From: Blepharisma stoltei ATCC 30299
Taxonomy: Eukaryota > Protista > Ciliophora
Assembly (NCBI GenBank): GCA_965603825.1
Contig: CBFDEM010000058.1
Span: forward strand, 1-64,000
Reading direction: 5' to 3'
DNA: 64,000 nucleotides
Shown: positions 36,879 through 49,594 of the stretch, piece by piece
How the letters are laid out: the number at the start of each line of letters is the position of its first letter
Numbering within the stretch: position 1 is the first letter of the stretch
Notes under the pieces: model-generated
Database searches by the model: none
Told to the model about the DNA's origin: nothing
What the model saw: only the letters and a program-made list of their open reading frames with translations
Program-made: the position numbers and the translations under genes

Positions 36879-37877
36879 ATTATGGGAGATAAAGCTTAGG
36901 GCTTTATTATAAATTTTTATATTATCTTTTTGGTCTATCAATATAAATTTCACGTAAAGAACAACAAACTACTTGATAGATATTCAATCAAATAGGAAAA
37001 TTAATATTTTAATTTAAAAAAAATTATATTTTGAAATGATAAATTGTTTGTGCCTGAAAATTTCAATTTGTAGACAAGTCTACCACCAGAGATCCAAAAT
37101 TCAGTTCATGGAAAAGCTCTAGCTCATGACCCTGAAGCAAAAAACGAGAAAGATTCCAGAACCCTTTGAAGCACAACTTCAAAAGCTTTGCGGACAAGAA
37201 ATTTAAAGTGCCAAAATCAGCATTTCCGCCAAACTCACTTAGAGATTTCCAAGACCTTCTACTGCTGCTAACAAGCAACGAGTGTATAAATTCAGCTATG
37301 CTATGCAGAATATAGGTACACCAAATGATCAGATACAATTATCCGGAAAAGATGGAGAAATAGAAGAATTAGAGATGAGGGAAAGTCTAATAAAGAAAAA
37401 CCAGACTATGGAAAAAAGGAATTAGAGCTTATATAGATGATAAAATTATGAAAGAATAGAAGATACAATTGTAAGAAGTTGTATAATGGTTGAAGATTGG
37501 GATTTACAAAAAATTGAGGATATCAAAATAAGTGTTAGAGAAAAAGGAAAATGTTTGGTAAGGAAACGAATTGGGTGGTAACCATAAAGTAGTAGTAATT
37601 TTTTAGTTTAAATAGCTTTACTCAGCTCTATCGATATGAAAAATTTCTTTATACATTCATATTTTCGTCACTATTGCTTAGTGGCTCCAATGATATTTTA
37701 CTATCAGCCCAATACGCTTGACACAATTTCTTCTCCCATATAATTTCCTATTTTTCCAGCTCATTATTTATTACTTACTTTCTACTAATCTCTCTTTTAT
37801 ATTTGGGTATCAAGATCTTTCAAATCTCTGAAATACCTTCATTTACAATTCTGCCAGTGCAAAAAAGTAACTCAAAA

Positions 37878-38831
37878 ATGGACAAAAGAATTTCCTTAGA
37901 TGGCATAGAAATTCTCCAGACACTTGGAACTGGGTCATATGGGAGAGTCCGCTTAGCTTATATGCAAGCTGAAAAACAATTTATTGCATTAAAGATTATC
38001 AAAAAAACTGAAATAATTCGTCATAAACAAGTAGACCACATTATTTCTGAGTTAGCAATTTTACGGATGATCCAGCACCCATTTTTGGTCAATTTTATAG
38101 GGTTTACTCAAGATGACCGTTATCTTTATTTTGCACTTGAATACGTACCTGGAGGAGAATTATTTACGTATCTCAGGAATATAGGGAGAATAGAAAATTT
38201 TCAAGCACAGCTCTATGCGGCTCAGATAACTTTGATGATTGAATATTTGCACTCTTTAAATGTAGTTTATCGAGACTTAAAGCCAGAAAATCTATTGATT
38301 TCTGGAGATGGGTATTTAAAACTCACAGATTTCGGGTTTTCTAAAGTTGTCGAAGGAAGAACTTATACCTTGTGTGGTACTCCTGAATATTTGGCTCCTG
38401 AGATTTTAATGAATAAAGGGCATGGCAAGCCAGTTGACTGATGGACATTAGGCATCATCATTTATGAAATGCTAGTTGGAGTTGACCCTTTTAGTGATGA
38501 TGATCCTATTGCAGTCTATCAAAAAATCCTAAAAGGCAAAGTAAAATTCCCTCGAGGCTTTGACAAAGCTGCGAAAAGCTTAGTAAAACATTTACTTGTT
38601 TCTGATTTAACAAAAAGATATGGAAATATGAGAGGGGGAATAAATGACATAAAAAACCATCGGTGGTTTTCAGTCATTAACTGGCATAGACTCTCAAAAA
38701 GAGAAATTGAAATGCCTTATAAGCCTTTTATTAGTTCACCTGGAGATACTTCGAATTTTTCAAGTTATCCTGACTCAAGCAACATGCCTAGCCCTGTATG
38801 CTCTGATGATGACCCTTTTATAGACTGATAG
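37878..38831 (+). CDS. PKA-C: cAMP-dependent protein kinase catalytic subunit (317 aa)
   Basis: Motifs LGTGSYGRV, YRDLKPEN, DFGF, RTYTLCGTPEYLAPE, KPVD[TGA=W]W and DTSNF. C-terminus DPFID[TGA=W] is followed by TAG. Confidence 0.95.
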
Positions 38832-38893
38832 GTTTATTAATGTGTAATATTCATTTAAACTATGAAAATTATGAATAAATGTGCTATTTTAAG

Positions 38894-39484
38894 CTAGACT
38901 AATAAGCCAATATATCTACACTTAGGATTATCTCTCTGCAAATACTCCCATTGGACATAAAACTGCTCAGTTATTGGATAAATCAGTCTCCCAGCCAAAG
39001 ATAAAGTCCTTACTCTACAAAAACTTTCAATAAAAACTATTTTCGTCCTGGAAATTCTTAACAATCTTAAAATAAAGCCTGAGTAGCACACTGGCAAAGC
39101 TGTCCCTGGGCCATTTGTAACAATTAAGTCAGGTCTTAATTTCAATACCAAAAATATTGCAGGTATAAAGCTATAAAGCGTCGTAAAAACACTTGAAATA
39201 TAAGACTGCCCTACCTTTCTGCTTCTGAAAATCTCATATAATCTCCCTCTATTTAAAAAATGCAGCCTGAACTTTTCCTTGGACACTTTATCATCTTCAG
39301 CACATATAAAATCCACATTCTCAACCAAAGAAAAATCTAGTTTTTTTAAATAAGTGGTCATTTCCGTTGTATGGCCTCCGCTCCCTAGCACAACCAGAAT
39401 ATTTTTCCTCTTCGCAGGCGGCCATAAAAATTTCACCAAATATCAAAGCCCAATCAGAATAGCCAAGTATCCCCAAATTCCCAT
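38894..39484 (-). CDS. ALG14: UDP-GlcNAc transferase subunit ALG14 (196 aa)
   Basis: Motifs VVLGSGGHTTEM, RSRKVGQSY, NGPGT, FIESFCRV and VQW. ATG 39484 with an N-terminal TM segment. Confidence 0.95.
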
Positions 39485-39495
39485 TAATTGATTAA

Positions 39496-40995
39496 TTAAT
39501 TAAATTGAAATGATGACATAATGTTGTAATACACAACAAAACACTTAAGGCAGACTGATTCTTCGTCTAAGCGGGGGGCTATTGTGTTTATAGACTCACT
39601 ATTATGAATTGGCTTAAAAATACTTGCGCTTTGCAGCTTGGGGATTAGTTTTTCAGGTGGCTTGAATTTTGAGCAGGCAAGCAAAATATCAGGTGGGACC
39701 AGGCGGAATTCAGGCAATCTTATAGGAGAGTAACTACTCATTCTACCTAGCATTAATGACTGTTTTGGGACTAAAAATCTAAGAGATTTATCATGCATCG
39801 GCAGCTGAATGTTTGTCAAATTACAAAAATCGCCTACGCATTTACAAGAATAATGCTCATCCGAAGGAAAAATTTTAAGCTTATCTGACTGGATGTAGAT
39901 TTTACATTGGGTGTTATGAAAAGTAGGCCGTCTTTTAAAAGGGATTGTGAACTCTTCAGCATTAGAAAAACTAGGCAATTTCGAATGGGCGTCCATACTT
40001 TTTCTACTTTGGCTTATACTTGAAGGATTCCTACTTCTGCTTTGTCTGCTGAAAGCTCTGGATTTTGGAGGCTCTATAACAACTGATATATCAGGAGACC
40101 TTAAAATTGGCGTAATCCTCATAAAACTTTTTTCATGCGCGTGCCTTATATAAAAAGAATCATTAATTTTCTTTTTCCGTGATAAAAAACTTTGGGATAA
40201 TAAAGATTTCTGCCTATTATTGATTTTTAGTGAAGTTATACTATGCCCTTGGGTTATTTTTCTGGTGTTGTTATAGAGAGGCTTATTAGAAATAAAGCTG
40301 AAGGAGTCAAAACGTTTTGCGTCACTTTTTTTACGGAAAGTGCAGTTTTCGGCTCCACAGAATCAAGGCTGCTTAGATTCATGCTCTATGTAATACATTA
40401 AGGTGATTCCTACAATTTTCAGGCTAGAAAGCTGCTCAAAATTCTTGAAAATTAATCTTGAAGTCCTTTTTATATTTTTTTTAATTATTTCGTCCCAACA
40501 TATCATAGTATTTTCTTCATTATGACTGCCGACCAGTTTTCTATGGAAATTTTCATCTGCTTCAGGCTCATCAATAGAAAATTCATAGGTGTAAATATAT
40601 TTATCAAAAATTGCCTTATGGAATTGATATAGCTGCAAAGTGTGGATATCGTCTGGATAAGAATGAGGAAGATCTTCAACTTGAATATCATCAATAATAA
40701 GTCTCAAGCCATCATGCTTTATCAATACAGCTTTACCTGGCTCAAATCATTCTGAGCCTCTTATACCTAAGCCTTGAAAATTCAATACTTCGAGAAATGC
40801 TTTTGAGATATCGCTGATGGTTAAATTATTTAAATTTCGATAATCAAGTTTTCCTTTTCTATTGGTAAAAATCCAAATAACTGGCTTAAATACATCCATG
40901 ATGTCAAAAATAACAGTATCAACAATAAAAAGCTTGATTTCGCACCTGGATTCTACTAAAGTTTCTAATATAAACGTCCAGTTGTGCTTTATCAT
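39496..40995 (-). CDS. Hypothetical protein (499 aa)
   Basis: Three co-framed track ORFs join into one 500-codon frame with TGA=W. No family recognised. Confidence 0.75.
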
Positions 40996-41031
40996 TCCAT
41001 ATTTATATACTTAAAACCTATTCGCTTATAA

Positions 41032-42903
41032 TTAAAAAATATCAGGGACATTCTTGAATTTCCCTTCTCGCCTTTCTTCCCAATACCCTCCCCGATATTT
41101 CCACAAGCCATCTTCTAAATAAAACCATCTTGGTGTATATTCAGTGCCTAGCTCTTTTTGCTTAATTCTTGCTGCTCTTTGTTTGTCTTCAACTCGAGCT
41201 TTTTCAACAGTCGCAGTTTCTATGTCACCATTTTCCAATGCACGCTGGTCTGGTCTAAATCTACAGTCTGTTGGGCATAGTCCAGGATATCTGTCAGGCT
41301 CAATGTTAAGCTGCATTGAAAATTGGGTGAAAAAGTAATAGTGCTCATAATCTGCTGGGTATGGATAAATTTCAAAGCCAGGGATTTCTTCTCCGGTAGC
41401 TTCATTTTTTATAGTTAGCCTTTCAGACCATAGTCCAGAAATTGAATATTTAAGTTTTCCTTCTGCGTCAAAGACTTTTCCTTCTACTTCATGAGCTTTT
41501 TTGTTGAACCAGCCTTTTTTCTCGAATTTTACGACGGCGTAGTCTCCTGTTGTTTGATTTTTTATGTTCATTGTTCCATGATGGTCTAAATAAATTTTCC
41601 CAACAATAATGTTGTTTGCATCTGTTGTGATTTTATTTCAGATATAATAATCATTATATCTATGAATACGCACATGCATCGCTCCAAGAGGCTTTACCCT
41701 CATATAAGTTCCTTTAAAGTTGCTTTTAACCTGTGTTTGGCCATTAAAAGTGTAGCTTGGGTGTTCAACATGAATGGCGGAGACAGGTGGATGATGGCTT
41801 ACTTGTTCAGATACCAATTTAAACCCATCTTTTTCAAACTCAAAAGTTTCCCCTAAAATAGGATTAAACGGCTTAGCAATCCTATTTTGAGTAGTTGAGT
41901 ATCCAGATACAGCAAAGCATGCCACATAAGCCAACCTCAAAGTGGAATCTTCACAAGCTGCTGCTTTTGTCAATAGTTCGCTATAAGTTAAATCTTCACT
42001 AAATTTCTGCAGAAATGATAAAGGCTCATTAAAATACACAGGCACCGACATCTTACTTAGGTCAACCCCAATAAAATCTTTGATAACCTTCCATACATTA
42101 ATTTTTATTGAAGGGTCTTTTCTGAATGGCAAACATTGGCGAATTGGAGTTATTGAGGAGTCTATATAAGGGACTATAAGGGATGGCGAGTATTGGCTTT
42201 GAGCGTCTTCAAAAAATTCTTCATCGCTGCTGTTTGAACCTATTTTTTCCTCTTCTTCTTCGTCCTCTTCTTCCTCTTCATCATTTTCTTTTCCTGTTTT
42301 TTCGATTTTCATGGTCAACTGGGTCGTGGTTTTGTGCCATTTTTCTTCAGCAATTTCTCTTTGTTTTTTACATTCTTCGCCTTCTTCTTCTAGTAATGCA
42401 AGTGTGTCGCTTGATAAGTTTTTAAATTCTTTTGCAGCATTTAGTAAATCTTGTATGGGGTTCAACAATGGAGGAGGCATTTCTTCAAGAAGACTAAATT
42501 TCTCTTCCATGGTCGCGTCAAGGACTCATAGTCTTTGTATGCAGTTTAAAATTGCTTGGAATTTTGGAGAGTTATCCCATATTTCCAAGCTTTTCATTCG
42601 TTCATGGGAAGATTTTTCACCGAGTGTAAAAGATGATTTCGCTTGTCTAAGAGCATTTATTCATAGATCAGTGTCGTGCTTTGTTTCCGCTTTTAAATTT
42701 ATTTTGGTGACTCCTGTATTCAGTGAAAATTTTTTAGGATTTTTCTTATTGACTTTAATTTCGGCGATATCTAAGTGGATTGATCCTTTATACGGCATCC
42801 CCTTTTTTTTGGAGTAGTGCAAGATCCCATTAATCAATACAAAGTACCTCTTTTTTCATCTGGAGAGATAATTTGTCCACTTAGATAAATATCCTTCCAT
42901 CAT
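41032..42903 (-). CDS. Oxysterol-binding protein-related lipid transfer protein (PH + FFAT + ORD, 623 aa)
   Basis: PH start MEGYLSKWTNYLSRWKKRYFVL. FFAT-like EEFFEDA. ORD motifs KPFNPILGETF, EQVSHHPP and DCRFRPDQRALE. Confidence 0.95.
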
Positions 42904-42964
42904 AGTTATTAATTGTGGATGTGAAAAATATCATGCGAATTTAAAATTAATCGACACTGAATAA

Positions 42965-44665
42965 ATGGAGAGTTTGGTAGGTATCACAGAATTTATGACC
43001 CATGGAGAGTTTATAGGAGGGATTTTGAAGCACCGCAGATGTGATTTCATTGTCAATGAAATTGATCTCAATGGGAATGTTATAGAATTCAATGAAAACC
43101 AAGAAGAAATTTCTGATTTACAGCAGCCCACCATCTCCAACTCAGGACTTAGTGACGAGTCCATAAACGGACTGACAAGTGCTTTAGGAGAAGAAAATTG
43201 TGAAAAAATAAAAAATCTAGTCGATGAAATCAATGCTGGGAATCCTGATGCCATTTTAGAGCTGGAATGCGACAATAATAAAGAATCCCGCACCAGAATA
43301 CATCAAGCTATTAAAAAATTCGCCTCAGGATTAGGAACTTCTACTGATTTAGCAACAAATAAAATTAAAGTTTATAATGGGGAGCTGACAAATAATCCAA
43401 AAAAACGAAAAAAGTTTGGAATTGATGCCAGAAAATTAGTGAAGCCTCCAGCAGATTTTATTGAATTTACGCTATGAAAAGAAAATATAGAAACAATGGG
43501 TGCCATTAAACAAATTGCAAGAATGATAGGGACAAAAGACAAATATCTTGGCATTGCAGGAAATAAAGACAAGAGAGGAATAACTACACAAAGGGCTACT
43601 GTATTTTGCAATTTATTGCCAGTTCTGAAAACCACTGATTTTGGAGAAAATATTAAGATAGGAAATTTCAAATATACAGATAGGCAGCTGAAGCTAGGGG
43701 ATTTGAAAGGAAATCAATTTACTATTGTTATAAAGAATATTGATAGTAGTATTCCTAGTGAAGTTTTAAGCTCGAGGCTAGAAGAATTATCAAGAATTGG
43801 CTTTGTAAATTATTTTGGACTTCAAAGATTTGGAAAATCTGCCAAAAACCCAACACACATAATCGGCCTTGCTATGATAAAATGCGATCACCGCAAAGCT
43901 GTTGACATGATTTTAGGAGCTCGAGATTGCAAAGATCCTGAAGAGTATAAAGCCAGAGAAACCTGGGAGCAAACACACAACGTTGAAGAAACCCTTAATC
44001 TCTTTCCAAAACATTGTGTATTATATATTTAGTATATGGAAAGAAATATTTTAATGGGCATGAAAAAAGCTGGAGGAAACGAAACATTTTTAAACGGAAT
44101 TATGAGCTTGCCAAGAAACTCCAGGACACTCTATGGGCACGCCTACCAAAGTTATATATGGAATAAAGCAGTTTCTTATAGACTGACATTATCAAGATCC
44201 CCAAGTAATCCGTAAATAGTTCCTGGAGATCTTATATTAATAAGAGAAGGACAATTAAAAGTGCTGGAAGAGGCGGATTTGCAAAATTATTCAATAAACG
44301 ACATTGTGCTCCCACTGCCAGGAGCTAAAATTGAGTAAATATTATATAGGTTTCCTAAAAATGAAATGGCTGAATTTTATCAAAAATTATATGACGAAGA
44401 CCAAGTAACAATAAATACATATACAGAAATCTATAAGTAAAAAATAAGCAGAGAAATGGCTCTTTCAGGAGATTATAGAAAAATCGTTTCAAAGCCAGGG
44501 AATTTTGAATGGAGCGAAATTTATTTTCCTGATTTAGACACAAATGAGCCTTCAACTGGTCCTATTCGAAGTCTGAGAATAAAATTTACCTTGCCTCCAT
44601 CATCTTATGCAACTATGTGCCTCAGAGAAATTATGGGAAATAATGAATATTTAAGTAACGAATAA
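42965..44665 (+). CDS. PUS7: Pseudouridine synthase, TruD/PUS7 family
   Basis: Motifs GILKHRRCDFIVNEID, AGNKDKRGITTQ, GDLKGNQF, FVNYFGLQRFG and FTLPPSSYATMCLREI. Four 15-nt introns: 44018-44032, 44205-44219, 44335-44349 and 44437-44451. Confidence 0.95.
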
Positions 44666-44691
44666 TGAATTAGGTTAATTTAATTTATCTA

Positions 44692-45696
44692 TTATCTATA
44701 GGACAATCCACCACTTATAAAGCTATCTTTGACCATCTCTTCTTGTATAGCTTTAGCTTCAGTAAGCCTCTCTTCATTTCTTCTTATTAAATCAGAGATT
44801 TTTTTCTTGTCTCTTTCGTATGCGGCATTGAATTCTAGTTCTTTTATTTTCTGTTTTAGCTCAGCTTGCTCTTTTTCCAATGTAACTATCATGTGGCTTA
44901 TATCATCCAAATAATTATTTTTTTGGCTTTCTCGTGGAGGTTTTGGAGAAGGCAATCTTAAGCTTCTTTTTAAACTTTTCTTTTTGCTCTCTCTTGAACA
45001 TACATGCCTATGCCGATTTTCAGGTTTAGGACTCGCTAGCGGAGATTGGATCTTAGCACCTTCATCTCATTTCATTTTTGCCGCAAGCAATTGGCTGTCT
45101 TTTTCTCTTAGGGACTGGATATAAATTTGTTCATTTTCTTCTAATTTTCTCTTAAAAGCTTCTGCTTGCTGCTCTTTTTTGATTTTCAACTCTTTGTAAT
45201 TTTCCTGCATCTCTTGCAGCTGTTTTGTAATATTCAAAGTTTCTTCTCTGAACTGTTTTCTTTCATAACTAACTCTATCTTGAAGTTCCCTAAAATCTTT
45301 TTCCCATGCAACCTTTTCTTTTGCGTGCTTTTCAATATGCATTTCTTTTTCTTTTTTCACAATTTCCAATTGAGTATGCAAGTAATTTCTTTCAGTTCTC
45401 AGCTTGGCTAGTTCTTTGCCCATTTGTTGGACTTCGTTTTCAAGAGATTTTAAGGTATGTTTTACCTCAGCGTCTTTATCAGTAGCGATATGACTGTATT
45501 TTCCAGCGTAGTCTTCTTCTTCTGAACTGAGTTCGGGGTAGAATTTATTTGTAGGGGATTCGTTAAGGAGTTGGGTGTAATCTCTTCCTGGGGAAGGGGT
45601 ACGGGCTTTTGAGCTTGGATCTTCTATAGGATTTTGAGGATTTAAAGCACTTCCTGTGCTGCTCATATGAAATTTTCTTTCGTCTGAAAACGACAT
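44692..45696 (-). CDS. Coiled-coil hypothetical protein (334 aa)
   Basis: Two co-framed ORFs joined by TGA=W. Heptad-rich. Confidence 0.75.
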
Positions 45697-45909
45697 GATT
45701 ATTATAAATAAAATACAAATAATCGGGTATTTAAAAATTGAGAAATTTAATGAAATCTGAACAATTTATGATCATAAAATCTATAAAAATCACCAAAAGC
45801 CTTACAAGTGTTTGTTATATAAATTTTCCTATAAACAATTATTTTAAAAAATTAAAATATTTTTAAATAGGTTATAGAAAAGTATCAATTTCCTCCATTT
45901 TACGAATAT

Positions 45910-46380
45910 ATGAATATTAAAGAGAAAATACAGCAGCTCCTCTGTGAGCCCCTTGATCAGTTTGGAAGAGGCCACATCTCATCCTCTTTTATGTCAGATG
46001 CCCCTGATTCACAACACTCTTTTGAAAGAATCGAAAAGCCCGTCGCCAGTAGTGTTAAGCCTATCCCAATAGGAACGGGCCAATCAAGTAAAAATAAAGC
46101 TGACTTATTTAAGCAATCCCGCGCTTCACACATTTCACAAAACTCACAGGAAGATTTAATAACTGCTGTTAACCCACACAAGCCTATAGAAAATCCAAAG
46201 ACAAAAGATCTTGATCGATCAGCTAATAAACCTAAACCATCAAGAATAATCCCCTGAAGTAGCAAATCTCAACCTAAAAAAATTACAGAGAGCTCTATAG
46301 ACTCTGTACTAAAAGAAATTGGGCTTGAAAAATTTCCTTTCTGGGCTCTAGAATATCTGAGCATAGTTTATAAGCAATAA
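45910..46380 (+). CDS. Hypothetical protein (156 aa)
   Basis: The ORF extends through TGA 46255 to TAA 46380. Confidence 0.6.
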
Positions 46381-46414
46381 ATGACTAAGATAATTTGATG
46401 GTATAATAGAAAAT

Positions 46415-47590
46415 ATGGGGAGTGGAGGCAGCAAGGAATCTGTGATGCACGGTCTTAAAGAAGAAATCGATAAGACCAAGCACCAAAAGCATAAGCTAGA
46501 AGAAGAAAGGGAAGAGCTCAAAGAAGACCAAAAGAAACACCAAGAAAAAGAGGCTGAACACCAGCGAAAGCTAGCAGAGGTAAAACAGATTCATGAAGGC
46601 CTTGACAAGCGTCACAAAGAACTCAAAAGAGAGCTTGGTAACGTTGAACCCGAAGTACAAGCTGTCAAGAACAAGAAGATCGCCTTAGATGACAAAGTCA
46701 GAGTCGATAAAATAGCCATAAAAACTATGAACCAAGAAATCGCCCAAGGTCAAGAGCACATTGCTCAAAGCAAAGAAATCATCCATACAAGAACAGAAGA
46801 AATTGAAAAGCTCAGGAAAAAAGTAGAGAAGAAACAAGAAAAGCTTCACAAGTTCGATGGGGTTGAGGAGAGAAAAAATGCATTGACGTCAGAAGTCGCA
46901 AATCTAGAAAAGCAGGCCAGCGACAAAGAAAAAGAAATCCAAGCAGGAGAAGCCAGAATTGAGAACAGAAAGAAAGAAAACAAAAGAAAGAAAGAGCTTC
47001 AAGGGCAAATTGAAGACGAAAAAGAAAAAACTCCAAAATTAACCAATAAACTCAGTGATGTTGAACAAGACGTCGCAGAACTCGTCAATCTCCAACAATC
47101 AGGAATCGCAGTTCAAGCTGAAAACGATAAAATTAACCAGCAAATTAACGCAACAGCAATAACTCCTCAGGAAACTGACGCCATGAATAAGCTCAAAGAA
47201 ACAGTCCGAGGCAAGGAAAAAGAAATCGCTGACACTGAGCTCATGAACTCCAGAAGAAACAAGCTCGGCAAGCAGCTGAACGAAACAATGGCCATTACCC
47301 CAGTCCTCGAAAAGAAAAAGGCCAAAATTGTTGACGACATCCACGCCCTAGAAAGAGAAATCAAGATGAGAAACGAAAAAGAGACTGAAGCCCTCGCTGA
47401 AGAGCTCAATAAAAAAATAAACAAGCTTAACGATCATGAAGCCGAAATTAATGAGCATTATGGAGAAGAACTGAAGAAGCTAGAAGAAATATTGGCAAAG
47501 AAAGCAGAAAAGAAGAGCAGAAGAGAAGAAGAGAGAAACGAAATCCTTGGAAGAGTCAATGAGCTTAAAACTGAACTTGCAGCAGCTTAA
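46415..47590 (+). CDS. N-myristoylated coiled-coil protein (391 aa)
   Basis: MGSGGS start and K/E-rich heptads throughout. Confidence 0.85.
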   Translation: MGSGGSKESVMHGLKEEIDKTKHQKHKLEEEREELKEDQKKHQEKEAEHQRKLAEVKQIHEGLDKRHKELKRELGNVEPEVQAVKNKKIALDDKVRVDKIAIKTMNQEIAQGQEHIAQSKEIIHTRTEEIEKLRKKVEKKQEKLHKFDGVEERKNALTSEVANLEKQASDKEKEIQAGEARIENRKKENKRKKELQGQIEDEKEKTPKLTNKLSDVEQDVAELVNLQQSGIAVQAENDKINQQINATAITPQETDAMNKLKETVRGKEKEIADTELMNSRRNKLGKQLNETMAITPVLEKKKAKIVDDIHALEREIKMRNEKETEALAEELNKKINKLNDHEAEINEHYGEELKKLEEILAKKAEKKSRREEERNEILGRVNELKTELAAA

Positions 47591-47615
47591 ATAACAAGTT
47601 ATTTAAAATAGGTAC

Positions 47616-49391
47616 CTAACTTTTAACTTTAAAATACCGAACTCGGTTAGAAAAGACGTGGAACATCGCAAAAGGTGTAAGCATAATAAAGATATGCCAG
47701 AAGGAGTGGACCTAAGTGAAAATTACGATTCAATAACTGTTGTTTGTTTCTGAAAATTTGCAGATAAGGGCCATAAAAAGGGTGGAGGCTGCAATAAAAA
47801 TCCATTTTCATTGAAAGTCGCCGCTTTCCCAGAAAAACCAATAAGCTTGGTCCCAGCTCCACCAGCTGCCGTAGACTTCTTTTGAGTCTTTATGGATAAG
47901 ATAAAGCCATCTTGACAGTGGTATCAGCCCTGCTATTAAAGGTGGCTATATAAGATTTACCATAATTGAAAATAAAATCCCATTGAAATTGTTATGCAAG
48001 CCTATATATAAAAGCAGTGCAAAAATAAAGCAATATAAAGCCAACTTGTGGTTGTGGTTCCTAAATCTCGCCACTTTTATTAATGCAGCCATAATACTCA
48101 TATAGCTGAGGGTAAAATCAGCCACTCTTAGAGTTTGTGGCTCCATCCCAAAGCACTCATAGCCTCAGTCACAAGAGTGATAAACCATGCTTGCCATCAT
48201 ATTTGTGCCATAAACAGCGACTTCTCCATAATACCAATGCAAAATCCCTGTAATAATTGCAGGAACCATAGCCAAGTTTGAATAGACCAGCATGTAGAGT
48301 CCTGTCATATAAGTATTTTCGTTTAAAGCTAATTTCTCACAGTTCGCGCCTGCAGTATTGCCGCCGCATTTGCAAGAAAACGCTATTTCTTTGAACATGG
48401 CATGTTTTTGGCCATTGCATAGGTTATTCCCGACTTCAGTTTTAAATATTCCTAAATCATAATATAAAGTACTGTTAATTGATGGGTCGATTTTTATTGC
48501 CATAATGTTATAGCCTGATTTTAAATACCCAATTTCCATTAATAGTGATAAGCCATATGACTGCTTTATGATTTTGCAATACAAAGTCGAAGACTTGCAA
48601 TTTTTGATTGAAAGATAAGAATCAGAATTTTGAAGAGATACTGAGATTTCTATATGTGACATTAAAAGACTATCAATATACTCTTCATCGATATCATAGT
48701 TATAAATAGTCATTTTAAACCCATATCTGTATTGGCAGTCTTTTGAACTGACTAAAAATCCATGGTTTTGCGATGTTTTATTCTGATCAAAATTTCCACC
48801 AATAAAATCTTGGCTTACATCTTCTTTTATCTGTATATATTTTTCGATATTTTTATGCATAAAAATATCTGAATCGTCATTTTGTACATCAAGTATTTCT
48901 GTATTAGATTTTGCTTTTCCATCTAAAAATGCTGCATTTTTAATCGCTGTATTTTCTGAATCTGATAAATAATAATAAGAAACAGCTTTAATTTGATATC
49001 CCCAGCCATGGACTGTATAAGCTGGATATCTCTGAAAAGATCCTGTAAGCCCGCCATCAATTTTGAATACAGCAGTTTTATACTTTTCAGGGTATGGGAT
49101 ACTAACAAGGGTTTGTAATCCTTCATATAAAGGTGCCTTATAATCATAATAATTTTCATCAGGGACTGCATCAAATCTAATATATATATAAGGCGTTGGG
49201 TCAGGGTACTCATAAAGAACCTTATCATTGTCTAAAAAAATAATTTCAATTGTAATATGAAGCAAAGGCATGTCTATGATTTCAATAGAGTCATAACAGA
49301 TCTGCATTTTCTTGCATTTGCCAATAGCATAAGTCTCTTCATATGTAGCAAGCTCTGAAGCAAAGGCAAGTGATAAGAAAAGATAAAGCAT
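47616..49391 (-). CDS. TMEM8/PGAP6/myomaker-like (CREST superfamily) membrane protein with EGF-like domain (581 aa)
   Basis: Signal peptide and an EGF-like motif (C.C..NTAGANC). TM motifs LVYSNLAMVPA, SMVYHSCD, ADF and NSYWIVHSFWH. 15-nt introns at 47946-47960 and 47712-47726; stop TAG at 47616. Confidence 0.88.
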
Positions 49392-49594
49392 ATTATATGA
49401 GCCTTATAAAATGGGCAAATAAATGAAATTTGTCCATTTTTTGTTTAGAAAGCAGTAAAATCCCAAGAAAATTGTTTAAAACTAAATTTGTTAGTTTTTA
49501 TTAACAGTAAGAGGCAGAAATAGTGAAAAATTAATAATATTACTGTTAGTTTATGATAAAAAGATAAAAGTACTGCAATTATTTGAGATTGTAA

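Noticed and set aside
37030-37600. Coding-like composition between the CNB gene and PKA
   Set aside because: The plus-strand frames I translated hit TAA/TAG, no consistent 15-nt intron model emerged, and no motif was recognisable.
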